A stretch of 64,000 nt of DNA, taken from NCBI GenBank assembly GCA_965249555.1, contig OZ252243.1, positions 736,001 to 800,000 of the forward strand, written 5' to 3'. Origin of the DNA: Nitrosopumilus sp. GTDB lineage: Archaea > Thermoproteota > Nitrososphaeria > Nitrososphaerales > Nitrosopumilaceae. A program made the translations under genes and the position numbers. Of this stretch, positions 10,003 to 20,240 are shown piece after piece. The number at the start of each line of letters is the position of its first letter. The stretch's first letter is position 1. The notes below the pieces were generated by a model. That model did no database searches, was not told the origin of the DNA, and was given only the letters and a program-made list of their open reading frames with translations.

Positions 10003-11168
10003 TGGATTAGTTCGATCTCCTTGTCTATAACATCGCCAAAAGTTTCTTCCATGTCTAATTCAAGAGTCTTATTTTTAATGCAAAATAAGACATAAGGCAG
10101 ACAAAGTGCCACAAAAGTACTGGATGACATGTGTAGTTTTTTTGCCATGACATGTGACAATGACTTTATTTTTTTGCCATCCCAACGAATTCTGTTAAGT
10201 AATGGCCATGAAAGATTGTATTGAGAATACCTGATTCTGTCATCATTTTGATACAATTCCACCAAAGTATCATTGAGATATCGTAAGAGTCTCCAATTCT
10301 GGGTTTTCATAATCTTGCCATAAAGCATATCAGCATTTGAAATTACTTGCAGGTATTTTGCAAGTGTTATATTATCTAGATCACTTGTGATGATACTGGA
10401 ATAAAATGCATTGATCTTCTCTCGCGGATCAATTTGCATAGAATATAAAACGCCTCTGGCTTCCTCAATTGAATTTGCCTTAAAGAATGCATTTACCCCA
10501 TCTTCAACATTAACACTTTCAAAAGACGTTTCAGTCTGAGGATTAAATCCAGTCACTAAAGACTGAGTCAAATTGATCATTGAGCGGATATCTCCATGTG
10601 ATTTGCCAATTACCTTGATCAGAGAGCCAGGACTTAGTTTTGCACCTTCTTTTTTCAGAATGTTTTCAAGATAGACCCTCAAAAGACGAGGAGGAATTCT
10701 TTTGAAGCGTATTGTTTTAACCACTTTTTTGATGCCTTTCATTTTATCTGATGCATCATCGTTTGCAGCAAGGATGATGGGTACTGTAGGTTCTTTTAGA
10801 ATGTCAACAAGTGCCGCTGCGCCACCATAATCACCACGACCATGAATGCCATCCACCTCGTCAACAAATATCATAGGTGTTCCCAAAACACTCACATTAC
10901 CTAAGACAGGTGTAAGAATTTCATTGATTCTGGACTTGCTTCGTGCATCACTAGCATTAAGCCCAATCATGTCATATCCAAATTGTTTTGCAACAAGATA
11001 GGCTATTGTGGTTTTTCCAATTCCAGGCGGTCCAACTAAAAGAAGGGGTTTTGTTCCTTTCTTCCATTTTGCAAACCATTCCATGATAGCGGCACGGGGT
11101 TCTTCGTTTCCTATCATATCAGAAATAATCTGAGGCCGATGTTTTTCAGACCACATCAATTTTATCAC
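9999..11168 (-). CDS. rfcL: Replication factor C large subunit
   Basis: WSEKHRP, GPPGIGKTT, LNASDAR, DEVDG, GDIRS. Confidence 0.9.
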   Translation of the reverse strand: MIKLMWSEKHRPQIISDMIGNEEPRAAIMEWFAKWKKGTKPLLLVGPPGIGKTTIAYLVAKQFGYDMIGLNASDARSKSRINEILTPVLGNVSVLGTPMIFVDEVDGIHGRGDYGGAAALVDILKEPTVPIILAANDDASDKMKGIKKVVKTIRFKRIPPRLLRVYLENILKKEGAKLSPGSLIKVIGKSHGDIRSMINLTQSLVTGFNPQTETSFESVNVEDGVNAFFKANSIEEARGVLYSMQIDPREKINAFYSSIITSDLDNITLAKYLQVISNADMLYGKIMKTQNWRLLRYLNDTLVELYQNDDRIRYSQYNLSWPLLNRIRWDGKKIKSLSHVMAKKLHMSSSTFVALCLPYVLFCIKNKTLELDMEETFGDVIDKEIELIQ

Positions 11169-12280
11169 TTTGGAAGTTTGGATTCAAACTCGGACCATCT
11201 GTTGGCTTTTTGTAATTTATTATACCAATACTGGTTATAATGCTCTACAGTCAAAAACAAAAATTCCAGAAATTCTCTGTGTGAGAATCCATCAGGTAAC
11301 AGTTCCAGGGTAAGACGGGCATCCTGCAAAAACAGATTACTCTTTTCCAAAGTAATTTCAAATCCTTTCTTCACATCATTTGCTAACAGTGAATAGTAGA
11401 GTGGCCAAGAAGGTATCTTTACAAATCCATTTTTAATCGAGTCCTCAATTTCATTTCCACAGCCAACACCTTCTGCAGCTCTTGCCATACCCAAATAGAA
11501 AATTTCACCTAATGGTCGTTCTGCCAAAGCCATGTTTTTACCTGCAGTGCCCATTACTGCTCGATATTTTTTGTAAGATAGGGTCATTTCTTCTTCAGTA
11601 ATTTCAGTAGGTCTTGATTTTAATTTTTCATCAAGATATTGTCCTATTCTTGCATCTTTGAATCCCTCTTCAAATTCTTTTAGTACTTGTTCACCACCCT
11701 TTGAAATTTTATCACGAGCCAATTTCAAGATGTATGGGTTCATTAGTTTGTAATCATCAAGAAATTCCAAGTCTTCATCTCTATCTACAATTCTGTCCAT
11801 TGGCTCACTGAGATCTATTGCTAAGATATGTCCCTCAACCACATCCTGTTTTAATTGAGGATCATCTCTTCCAGCATAATCTGCCGCAGCGTCAAACAAT
11901 CCATTGAAAACAGGAAAGGTCATTTTTACAAAATTTGAGTTTAAAATTCCAAGTACCCGGTCTTTTAGTACATCAGGACTCTCTAACTTTGATTTTATAG
12001 GCTCAATTTCTGTTGCATTCAGTATTATTTCAGTAGAGCCCACTTCATCACCGAATGCCTGCTGAGTAGAATTTGGGTTAGTATCAGATTTTATTTCATT
12101 AAGAAGGCCTTGTGCAAATCTTTCGGCAAAATTTGGAAATTCATTTTCCGTCTCTTCTTTATACTTTTTAAATAACTTGTAACCTTTTGATTTGAACAAG
12201 CCCTGTTTGATAATTTGTTTACCAGGTTTTGTGCTCATCAAAGCTTCTTTACTTACAACAGATTGATCTTTGCCACTCAC
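11165..12280 (-). CDS. Conserved thaumarchaeal hypothetical protein
   Basis: 371-aa ORF with host-like composition, coupled to rfcL. Confidence 0.8.
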   Translation of the reverse strand: MSGKDQSVVSKEALMSTKPGKQIIKQGLFKSKGYKLFKKYKEETENEFPNFAERFAQGLLNEIKSDTNPNSTQQAFGDEVGSTEIILNATEIEPIKSKLESPDVLKDRVLGILNSNFVKMTFPVFNGLFDAAADYAGRDDPQLKQDVVEGHILAIDLSEPMDRIVDRDEDLEFLDDYKLMNPYILKLARDKISKGGEQVLKEFEEGFKDARIGQYLDEKLKSRPTEITEEEMTLSYKKYRAVMGTAGKNMALAERPLGEIFYLGMARAAEGVGCGNEIEDSIKNGFVKIPSWPLYYSLLANDVKKGFEITLEKSNLFLQDARLTLELLPDGFSHREFLEFLFLTVEHYNQYWYNKLQKANRWSEFESKLPK

Positions 12281-12353
12281 AAACGTAAATTTCTTTGTTG
12301 TTATTTATGCTTTCAAGACAAATGTTTACTTCACTTAAATTACGAAAATCTAA

Positions 12354-13163
12354 ATGTTCAGCATGGAAGTAATAGAGATCCTTCGGGAAGCTTCAAATAG
12401 AATTTATAAAAATGTAAAAGATCTTGCAGGTACTGAGCAAGCTGCAGGGGATTTTGGCAGAGGGGCAGGAGGGGACATTTCACGAAACATAGACATTGTT
12501 GCTGAAAAAACAGTTTTAGATTATCTCAAAGAGATTGATTTTGAATGTACTGTTTTAGGTGAAGAATGTGGAAGAGTTGAATTGTCAGATAATTCTAAAG
12601 GATATATCATTATGGATGCAATAGATGGGTCTGCTAATGCAGTACGTGGCGTTCCTTTCTTCTGCAGTTCATTGGCATTTGCAACTGAGAACAAACTTAG
12701 TTCAGTTACAGATGCAGTTATTACAAATCTGACAAACGGGGAGATGTATTGGGCTTTGAAAAACAAAGGCGCATTTTTCAATGAGGAGCAGATCAAAGTG
12801 CATAACAGTGATCCAATATACAAAATAGTCGGCATCAACACGTCTGGGGCATCAGTGGATTTGATGAGACGATTACATCCAATATTTGAAAACCACAATC
12901 ACACAAGACATTTTGGTGCAAATGCCCTAGAAATGGCACTGTTTGCGAGAGGATTGATGGATGTCTTTATTGATTTGAGGGATAAGATCAGAATTCAGGA
13001 TATTGCTGCAGGGTATCTAATTGTTAAAGAGGCAGGCGGGTTACTATTAGATGCAGATTTGAACCCACTTGATGCTGACCTAAGTTATGATACAAGAGTT
13101 TCCTTTATTGCCGCTGCAAACCAGAAAATTCTGGATGAAATAGTATCGCAGATCAATCAGTGA
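12354..13163 (+). CDS. Inositol monophosphatase / fructose-1,6-bisphosphatase family
   Basis: GEE, DAIDGSAN, DIAAGYLIVKEAGG. Confidence 0.92.
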   Translation: MFSMEVIEILREASNRIYKNVKDLAGTEQAAGDFGRGAGGDISRNIDIVAEKTVLDYLKEIDFECTVLGEECGRVELSDNSKGYIIMDAIDGSANAVRGVPFFCSSLAFATENKLSSVTDAVITNLTNGEMYWALKNKGAFFNEEQIKVHNSDPIYKIVGINTSGASVDLMRRLHPIFENHNHTRHFGANALEMALFARGLMDVFIDLRDKIRIQDIAAGYLIVKEAGGLLLDADLNPLDADLSYDTRVSFIAAANQKILDEIVSQINQ

Positions 13164-13295
13164 ACAAATTACAATGGAAGATTAAATTTTCACAAGTGAT
13201 TTTATAGTTTTTCATACTTGAGAACAATAATCAAGTTTTGAGAATGAAAATATAAAAGAAATATTTTTATTTATAATAGGGGAAAAACTTCTTGT

Positions 13296-14138
13296 ATGGT
13301 TTCTGAGATGAAGGCAAAGGTCACTTATATGGAAATGCTAAAAGAAGATCTTGTAATTATACGACTAGTTCCAGAAAATGGAATGCCAGAATACAGAACT
13401 GGTCAATTTCTAACTATCGGCCTTCCAATACCAGCAGAAAAAAAGGTGGTTAGAAGGGCATATTCACTTGCATCCCATGCAGGAAATAGGGATTATTTTG
13501 AATTTGTAATTAGATGGGTAAGAAAACCGCTTCCAGGCCGTGTTACAACCGAATTATTTTATCTAAGTGTTGGTGATGAGGTATCACTAGGATATCCTAC
13601 GGGAGCCGCATTACAAATTAGTGAAAGGCTACCTAGCGGAAAAAAAGACGACAGGAGAGTTATTTGCGTTGGTGGCGGAACAGGATTGGCACCATTTATT
13701 GCATTTGCACACCATTTCCATGATACTAATGACAAAAGAGAGTTGATTATTTTACACGGGGCAAGTTACATTGATGAATTGAGTTACAAGCGACTCTTGA
13801 CAGATTTCGAAAATGAAAGTGAAAGAAGAGGAAGAGATCAATGGAACTTTAGATATAGGGCAGCCATAAGTAGACCAAAAGAATTCTACAACAGATCTTG
13901 GTCCGGCCATATAGGCAGAGTAGAATCATTTTTCAAGCCTGATAAAAAAACCGGATTATCACCAGTAGATGAGATGGTAGGAGAAGAGATAACACCAGAG
14001 AACACCATAGTGTACATTTGCGGTTATCAAGGTACAATTGATGGGGTAATTGAGTCTCTTGGTTCAAAAGGTTTTGTTACTGAACACGAGAAAAATCCAG
14101 ATGGAAGCTTTGGAATAAAGTTTGAATCTTACGGATAA
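13296..14138 (+). CDS. Ferredoxin-NADP+ reductase (paralog 1)
   Basis: RRAYSLAS, GGGTGLAPF, YICG, FESYG. Confidence 0.9.
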   Translation: MVSEMKAKVTYMEMLKEDLVIIRLVPENGMPEYRTGQFLTIGLPIPAEKKVVRRAYSLASHAGNRDYFEFVIRWVRKPLPGRVTTELFYLSVGDEVSLGYPTGAALQISERLPSGKKDDRRVICVGGGTGLAPFIAFAHHFHDTNDKRELIILHGASYIDELSYKRLLTDFENESERRGRDQWNFRYRAAISRPKEFYNRSWSGHIGRVESFFKPDKKTGLSPVDEMVGEEITPENTIVYICGYQGTIDGVIESLGSKGFVTEHEKNPDGSFGIKFESYG

Positions 14139-14252
14139 GAGCGATTTTTCAAAAAAATAATTACAAAGTTTTGTTTGTAGAATTTAAAAAATCGGTTTTT
14201 AGCAGATGCGGCATACCTGTGGATTTTTATATTGTAGTATTTTTTCTAAAGT

Positions 14253-14420
14253 ATGGCAAAACTCAAGTGTGCAGATTATGGATTTGAGTGTGATTTTGTA
14301 GCAGACGGGGAGATGGAAAAAGTAATCGATAATTTTAGAAAACATACTGATGAGGAACACGGAATAGACTATTCCAAGGAAGCAGTAATGCAGTTTCTCT
14401 TAAGAAAACAAGGCACATAG
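14253..14420 (+). CDS. DUF1059-like small metal-binding protein (55 aa)
   Basis: Hand translation: MAKLKCADYGFECDFVADGEMEKVIDNFRKHTDEEHGIDYSKEAVMQFLLRKQGT. Confidence 0.85.
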   Translation: MAKLKCADYGFECDFVADGEMEKVIDNFRKHTDEEHGIDYSKEAVMQFLLRKQGT

Positions 14421-14426
14421 AAAAAA

Positions 14427-15503
14427 TTAAGCATCCAATCTCTTCATTGTTACAGATAAGATAGGAACTTCTTTTGCAATAATTTTTTCAACTGCAGGGA
14501 CGATTCCGACTCTGGTTTTAACACTATCTTCATAAATTTCGTGAACTTGATCTCTAAACAATAGTTTGATTCCGGGAAGTTTAGTAATTCCTTCATCAAC
14601 AGTTCTAGGATCTGACAGATCTAAAATCAGCGTACCTTTTTTCTTTTCTTCCATCACCAAATGGATTCTATCATATGTGATTAAGAAATAATCACATGTT
14701 GTTGCAACAAAGATCACATCATATTTATCAAAACCAGACAAAATTTCATTAAACTCAACAGGGTTTCCCCCCAAAAGTGTCGTAAATCCAGTTGCACGTT
14801 CAATTTCCCTACTTGTTACATCAAAGTTGATGTCTTTGGTATTCAGAGTTTTGGCAACCATAGCGGCTAGCTCACCAGTGCCAATAAGTAACACTTTTTT
14901 CTTGGCATCAAGTCCTGTTTTTTCATCTACCAATTTTACTGCAACATCACCAAGAGAAAATACGTCTTTTGAAATTCCAGTGGTATCTCGCATTCTTGTG
15001 GCTAGTCTAATTACGCTTTCAAATAATTTATTAAGAATTTTGCCAGATACGCCCGCACTCTTTGCTTTGGCTAATGATAACACTATTTCATCAAACACTT
15101 TTTGTTTTCCCACAACAGGGGAATCTAGTCCGGATGCTAAACGTAATAGATGAAGATACACATCATCGCCTTTGTATACTTCGAGAGTTTGATCAAAATG
15201 ATCAATGTCAATCTGTTCCAATGAAGATAATGGTATCCAGGTATCTTTGATTTGATTTAACACAAGAGTTTTTCCTTCAGCTCTTCGTGCATCAGGGGAA
15301 TCAGAAGTTTCAACATTGCTTACTAAAAAGATTTCAACCCTACTTGCTGTTTGAATGATGATGCATTCATCAACCCCAGAGATTTTTTTGAATTCTTCGG
15401 ATGCTGCAAGTACATCTTTGAAAGTATACTTTGCTAATGCATGTAGAGGAACATTTTTGAAAGTGACTCTTGCATTCATAACATCAAAGTGTACCTGACT
15501 CAT
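14427..15503 (-). CDS. hemA: Glutamyl-tRNA reductase-like protein with non-canonical active site
   Basis: HemA architecture (HLLRLASGLDS, Rossmann IGTGE, DLSDPRTVD), but TASR in place of TCNR. Confidence 0.82.
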   Translation of the reverse strand: MSQVHFDVMNARVTFKNVPLHALAKYTFKDVLAASEEFKKISGVDECIIIQTASRVEIFLVSNVETSDSPDARRAEGKTLVLNQIKDTWIPLSSLEQIDIDHFDQTLEVYKGDDVYLHLLRLASGLDSPVVGKQKVFDEIVLSLAKAKSAGVSGKILNKLFESVIRLATRMRDTTGISKDVFSLGDVAVKLVDEKTGLDAKKKVLLIGTGELAAMVAKTLNTKDINFDVTSREIERATGFTTLLGGNPVEFNEILSGFDKYDVIFVATTCDYFLITYDRIHLVMEEKKKGTLILDLSDPRTVDEGITKLPGIKLLFRDQVHEIYEDSVKTRVGIVPAVEKIIAKEVPILSVTMKRLDA

Positions 15504-15513
15504 ATCATCACCA

Positions 15514-16251
15514 TTAAGATTTTAGCTTGTCTCGTCCACCTTTAGCAGTTCGGAAAACATTCATTCCGATATAGAAATTTTCATGTAATGATTCCAAGTA
15601 AGTAATGTCATTTTTGGCGTTTTTGATTTGTTGTGCAGTGGATTCGGGATCATTTTTTAATTTTCCAAGTCTTTGTTTTGATTCCTCTAAAAATTTATCA
15701 ACTGCGTGTTCATAGTTTGAAACACCGGCAAACTCTGGACTAAGAACATGTTCAGGAATATAAGCAGGGGTTGTATCTTGAAACAACTCAGCTTTTCTTG
15801 TTATAGATTCCTGTTCTTCTGCTGAAAGAATTGGTCGTGGGAATCGATCTTTTTTATCTAACCAAAATTCTGGTTCACCCATCTCTCGTCTAAAGATTTC
15901 CTCACCTTGTCTCTTGAAGGTGTAATCAGGGCCTTTTGCTGCATCTGCTTTTACTTCATCAGCAATTGCTTTGTATTCTGCTTCTGCTGCTGCTTCAGCT
16001 TTTTCTTTTGCAGCGGCTGCTTTTGCAACAGCTTTGTTTGCCGCAATCTCTGCTTTTTCAGCTGCTTTTGCTGCTGCATCTGCCTTACTTGTTGCATCAA
16101 CTGCAGATTTTACTTCTTTTTCAGATTTAGTTTTTGCAGTTTTATCGGTAGATGGTTTATCGGTAGATGGTTTATCGGTAGATGGTTTATCTGATGCTGA
16201 ATCTTTTGTAGGTTTTGCTTCTACTTTAGGATCTTTGTCCTCAGACATCAA
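15514..16251 (-). CDS. Hypothetical protein with low-complexity Ala/Lys-rich N-terminus
   Basis: DKPST x3 and AKA-rich helix followed by a globular C-terminus. Confidence 0.75.
   Translation of the reverse strand: MMSEDKDPKVEAKPTKDSASDKPSTDKPSTDKPSTDKTAKTKSEKEVKSAVDATSKADAAAKAAEKAEIAANKAVAKAAAAKEKAEAAAEAEYKAIADEVKADAAKGPDYTFKRQGEEIFRREMGEPEFWLDKKDRFPRPILSAEEQESITRKAELFQDTTPAYIPEHVLSPEFAGVSNYEHAVDKFLEESKQRLGKLKNDPESTAQQIKNAKNDITYLESLHENFYIGMNVFRTAKGGRDKLKS
16141..16191. repeat. 15-bp tandem repeat x3.4 (TTTATCGGTAGATGG), in frame
   Basis: Directly visible; encodes DKPST repeats. Confidence 0.95.
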
Positions 16252-16382
16252 AATTTACTAAAGTTGCCTGAATTTTAAGATTCTTGTATAAAAAATCATT
16301 AATCATTTCTTTTTAGCATATACAAATGTCGTTCTGATCGGTTGTAAAACGATTTTCCGCTAACCAAATTTTGTAAAAATTA

Positions 16383-16460
16383 TGGCGCCCTCGGCGGGAT
16401 TTGAACACGCGTCTCAGCCGTGACAGGGCCGAATTCTAGACCGGGCTATACTACAAGGGC
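16383..16460 (-). tRNA. tRNA-Asp(GTC), CCA encoded
   Basis: GCCCTTGTAGTATAGCCCGGTCTAGAATTCGGCCCTGTCACGGCTGAGACGCGTGTTCAAATCCCGCCGAGGGCGCCA folds as a cloverleaf. Confidence 0.93.
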
Positions 16461-16556
16461 ACAAATACTTTGAATCAAAATGCTAGATTAAAAGTTTCTG
16501 TCACAACAAAATCTTTTGTAAAAGACTAAATTATACACGTAAAGTATTTTTCATAA

Positions 16557-16630
16557 GGGTCTATGGCGCAGCCAGGTAGCGCACCGGACTTTTAATCCGG
16601 TTGTCAAGGGTCCGAATCCCTTTAGACCCG
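16557..16630 (+). tRNA. tRNA-Lys(TTT)
   Basis: GGGTCTA acceptor pairs with TAGACCC; anticodon arm CCGGA-CTTTTAA-TCCGG. Confidence 0.93.
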
Positions 16631-16673
16631 CCTCTTTTTGTTTACAAATAAAGACCCACCTGCCACTAATTAC

Positions 16674-16893
16674 ATGGATATCACAGTAGAGGACAGAAAG
16701 TATATACTCTAACTTTGTTGAATCAATCAAAAGTAATAAAACTAGACGAGGATATCAACGAGACCTACAGCAGTTTCTAGAGAAGATACCTGATAATTTT
16801 TTCATGCAATATCTGGATGAAAAATCAAAGTCACGTAATACAAAAGATCTTTCAGAGTCTTTAGCTATGAAAAAAACATTATCTCATATCTAA
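16674..16893 (+). pseudogene. N-terminal remnant of a tyrosine integrase
   Basis: Frameshifted MDITVED / SIYSNFVESIKSNKTRRGYQRDLQQFLEKIPDNFFMQYLDEKSKSRNTKDLSES, 44 bp after tRNA-Lys; resembles thaumarchaeal integrase N-termini. Confidence 0.55.
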
Positions 16894-17069
16894 ATTGTGC
16901 ATCAAGAAGATTTCAGAAAAATCAGCGTTATGAATACTTGCTAAAAATCTGACGAATAATAGCGTAAGATTCGTTTTCAGTTACAACAAATCCATCACCA
17001 ACAATAAAAGACTTGAGTCTTAATTTTTCCATAGATTATATTATATAAAAGCATCATAAAAGTATTTTC

Positions 17070-17558
17070 ATGACTAGACATGGAGTTTTAAAAGAACGAA
17101 TCATAGAAATAGTTAGTCAATTCTTTCCATGTCAAGAAAAAGAATTTGGCAATACAATGATAGAATTTTCAATTATTGTGAATCCATTTGCTACGGATTT
17201 ATTCAGTTTTGCTATTGAGAAATTTAAAAATGTGGATATCATTAGAGTAACATGTATAATTGTGGCTACCCAAAAAGTTCAACAATCTTTAAAAAAACTA
17301 TCTAAAGAAGATATGAAGAACACAATGAGGGAATTTGATAAAATATATCATGAACAATTCAAAACAGAATATCAATTCACAAAAGACTATACATCAATTC
17401 AAAATACAAAGTTTTTTCTTAGTCAAAATTTATCATATCAGTTTTTATTGGATTTGCTTTTTTGGAATGTCGCACTTGTAAAAAAGGTTGGAAAAATTTT
17501 TAATGCCATGGATACAGGAATAAAATCTCCAGAAATAGACCCAAATAATTCTATGTAG
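17070..17558 (+). CDS. Hypothetical protein (AT-rich, accessory)
   Basis: 162-aa ORF with TATA-like TTATATAAAA about 30 bp upstream. Confidence 0.55.
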   Translation: MTRHGVLKERIIEIVSQFFPCQEKEFGNTMIEFSIIVNPFATDLFSFAIEKFKNVDIIRVTCIIVATQKVQQSLKKLSKEDMKNTMREFDKIYHEQFKTEYQFTKDYTSIQNTKFFLSQNLSYQFLLDLLFWNVALVKKVGKIFNAMDTGIKSPEIDPNNSM

Positions 17559-17667
17559 AAATAATGTCTAATATTTTTTGGAACGAATTGCTGAATGTTC
17601 ATGCAAGCCCAAAATAGTCAGCAAAAACGTTTAATCCCTCTAGACTCGCTGCTCTTCTTTAATTTAG

Positions 17668-19128
17668 TTATTGGATTATTTCTTTAACTTGTTTTTCCAA
17701 GTTTTCAATAGATGAATTGATTTTATTTTCTCTTTGTAACACATCAGATCTGTATTGATTAATTTTTTGAGTTCTGTCAGAGATCATTCTTTTTTGCTCA
17801 TCATATCCAGAGGATCCAAACGAAGTTCTATCCTTAAGAGAAGAAACAACAGTTGTGGAAGAAATAATTTTCGAGACAATTTCAGGATCAACTGTAGTAC
17901 CTATTACGGATTTTTTAATTTCAGACAAAGTTAGTTTTGAAACAGGTTTTTTTGAATTATGAGCCAATTGAACTAAAATTCCTGAAATCTTATGAGTAAC
18001 TCTAAACGGAATTCCTTCCTGAACTAATTTTTCAGCAATATCAAGTGCAATAAGATTACTTGACTCTGTTACTTTTTTCATCTGTTCTTCATTCACTTTC
18101 AAGGTTAGAAGCATTGATTTTAAAATTATCAATGCACCAATAGAAATTTTCGATGTTGCCCAAATGGATGATTTTATTTGTTGTAAATCACGTCCATAAC
18201 CAGATGCCAGACCTTTGATGGTTGTTAGGATTGCAGTCAGGTTTCCAATAACTTCAGCAGTCTTACCTCTTGTTAGTTCTAAAACATCTGGATTTTTCTT
18301 TTGAGGCATTACACTTGAGGGAGACGTAAATTCATCAGCAAGTTCAATAAAAGAAAACTCAGATGTGGACCAAAGGATAAAATCTTCAGATATTCTACTT
18401 AGGTTAGTCATCAAAATTGAAATCATTGCGACATATTCTGCTACAAAATCACGCGTACTTGTTGCGTCAATTGAGTTCTCAACAAGATCATCAAAACCCA
18501 ACATCTCTGCGGTGCTATGCCTATCAATTGGGATACTTGTTCCTCCAACAGGTCCTGCGCCAAGTGGACTTTGATTTACTCTCTCAAAGGTTCCATAAAG
18601 TCGTTGAAAATCTCTGGACAAAGCATCGGCATGTGCCAAAAGATAATGAGAAAACAGACCAGCTTGAGCTTGCTGAAGATGAGTGTATAGTGGCATGATA
18701 GTTTTTTGGTGATTTTTAGCCACAGAAACAAGAGCTTCGATTGAATCCAAAAGGCAATTGCAAATGATGTTGATATCATCTCTAATCTTCATTCGAATAT
18801 CCAAAGCAACTTGATCATTACGTGACCTTGCAGTATGCATCTTTCCCCCACTTGCCATTCCGGCCTTTTTGATGATTAGTGATTCAATTAATTCATGAAT
18901 ATCTTCTGCATCTGATGATGCGTCAAATTTTTCTTTTTTCAAATTCTCTAATGCCGACAAGATCTTTTTTGCATCGTTTTTTGTTATGATATTTTTTTGA
19001 TATAACATCAAAGTGTGAGCTTTGCTTCCAAGTATATCATAGAGTGCGATTTCAGAATCATCATTTACTGATGAAACGTAATCTAAAGTGATATCACTCA
19101 GATCATTACCAAGACGGGAGCGATACAT
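17668..19128 (-). CDS. argH: Argininosuccinate lyase
   Basis: HTARSRNDQ, YTHLQQAQ, SSVMPQKKNPD. Confidence 0.96.
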   Translation of the reverse strand: MYRSRLGNDLSDITLDYVSSVNDDSEIALYDILGSKAHTLMLYQKNIITKNDAKKILSALENLKKEKFDASSDAEDIHELIESLIIKKAGMASGGKMHTARSRNDQVALDIRMKIRDDINIICNCLLDSIEALVSVAKNHQKTIMPLYTHLQQAQAGLFSHYLLAHADALSRDFQRLYGTFERVNQSPLGAGPVGGTSIPIDRHSTAEMLGFDDLVENSIDATSTRDFVAEYVAMISILMTNLSRISEDFILWSTSEFSFIELADEFTSPSSVMPQKKNPDVLELTRGKTAEVIGNLTAILTTIKGLASGYGRDLQQIKSSIWATSKISIGALIILKSMLLTLKVNEEQMKKVTESSNLIALDIAEKLVQEGIPFRVTHKISGILVQLAHNSKKPVSKLTLSEIKKSVIGTTVDPEIVSKIISSTTVVSSLKDRTSFGSSGYDEQKRMISDRTQKINQYRSDVLQRENKINSSIENLEKQVKEIIQ

Positions 19129-19239
19129 TACCTAAGATTCTGATACTGGTAAATTTATGTGATCTGTTCAAAATGTTGGTAACTAGTGATATACGAATTT
19201 TATCCAAGATTTTTCCATGTATTAATTTTGAGTTCTGTT

Positions 19240-19644
19240 GGGTTATCAGATGATGAATTCAAAGTGATGTGAAATCACGATCTTATTCGGATTCAAAAAT
19301 TACAAGGTATATTGAAAATCAAACAATGTTCAGTAAAGCCCCTTTATCTGAATACATCACAATATCTTCCAAATCTGAGATGATTCAGTTTGAAGGAAAC
19401 GAGCTAGTCGGAAGTGGTCAGATGGACATATAATACTGATTCTGAACTGTCTTGCTTTAATGTGCAAGAGGACAACTCCTCGGTGTACAGTCTAGAGTAT
19501 ATGTGAAGGATTATTCGCAATATAAAACGAGTAAGCAAGAACGTCAATATGGAATATGGAACACAGACATCAATTCATCTTTTGTTTGAGATGAAGCCAA
19601 AGGCTAAATCTGAATATTATCTTGCATCAAGAGTAAAAAATTAA
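19240..19644 (+). pseudogene. PCNA (sliding clamp) paralog pseudogene; 5' boundary approximate
   Basis: Broken frames give EYITISSKSEMIQFEG..GSGQMD and SVYSLEYM*RIIRNIKRVSKNVNMEYGTQTSIHLLFEM..KSEYYLASRVKN*, matching the PCNA C-terminus (YSLEY...YYLAPR). Confidence 0.75.
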
Positions 19645-19653
19645 GATTAAATA

Positions 19654-20238
19654 TTACTTTGATGGATTTTTACTTTGTAAATGTTGTGAAATTAATTCCT
19701 TTAACTCTCTTTTATAATTCTCACGTCCAATGAATTTCTTTGTCTTGCCACGCTTGATTAATTTCTGCTTTTCTTGTTCTAACAATCCTAGTTCTTCTAA
19801 TTGATTTCTTTTCCATATCAAAGCACGATATATTGCCATAGGAACATTCTCTGATATGTCTTTTTTTCTAAATTCTTTTGCAAAAATCATAAGTTCTCGT
19901 AGATATGATTCAGAGAGAGCAAAATCACGTTGCAATGCGTTGGCATAGTTGGTAATATGAAATATGTTACGGGTATTGTTGTGAAATTTGCGTAACATTT
20001 CTCCCAATTGCCAGGATGTTACACGTGGTAAGTTCTGCCGTTTCTTCTGTATATTTCCACCGTAAAACAGTTCTTCGGCTTTTTTTACTAAATCAAAATA
20101 GTCCTTTTCAAGTTTTTTGATCTTTTTTCGCGTATCTTCTCTCATTGTGAAATAATATGTAGAGTCCAGCATTACACCTTTTTTTGTATCTCCGCTAGGA
20201 GATGTAACCTGAATTATCTTTACGGGTATTTTTTCCAT
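19654..20238 (-). CDS. Hypothetical protein with a DUF1016/YhcG N-terminal-like helical motif
   Basis: SWQLGEML...ALQRDFALSESYLRELMIFAKEF; 2 bp downstream of the GHKL gene. Confidence 0.6.
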   Translation of the reverse strand: MEKIPVKIIQVTSPSGDTKKGVMLDSTYYFTMREDTRKKIKKLEKDYFDLVKKAEELFYGGNIQKKRQNLPRVTSWQLGEMLRKFHNNTRNIFHITNYANALQRDFALSESYLRELMIFAKEFRKKDISENVPMAIYRALIWKRNQLEELGLLEQEKQKLIKRGKTKKFIGRENYKRELKELISQHLQSKNPSK

Positions 20239-20240
20239 AA

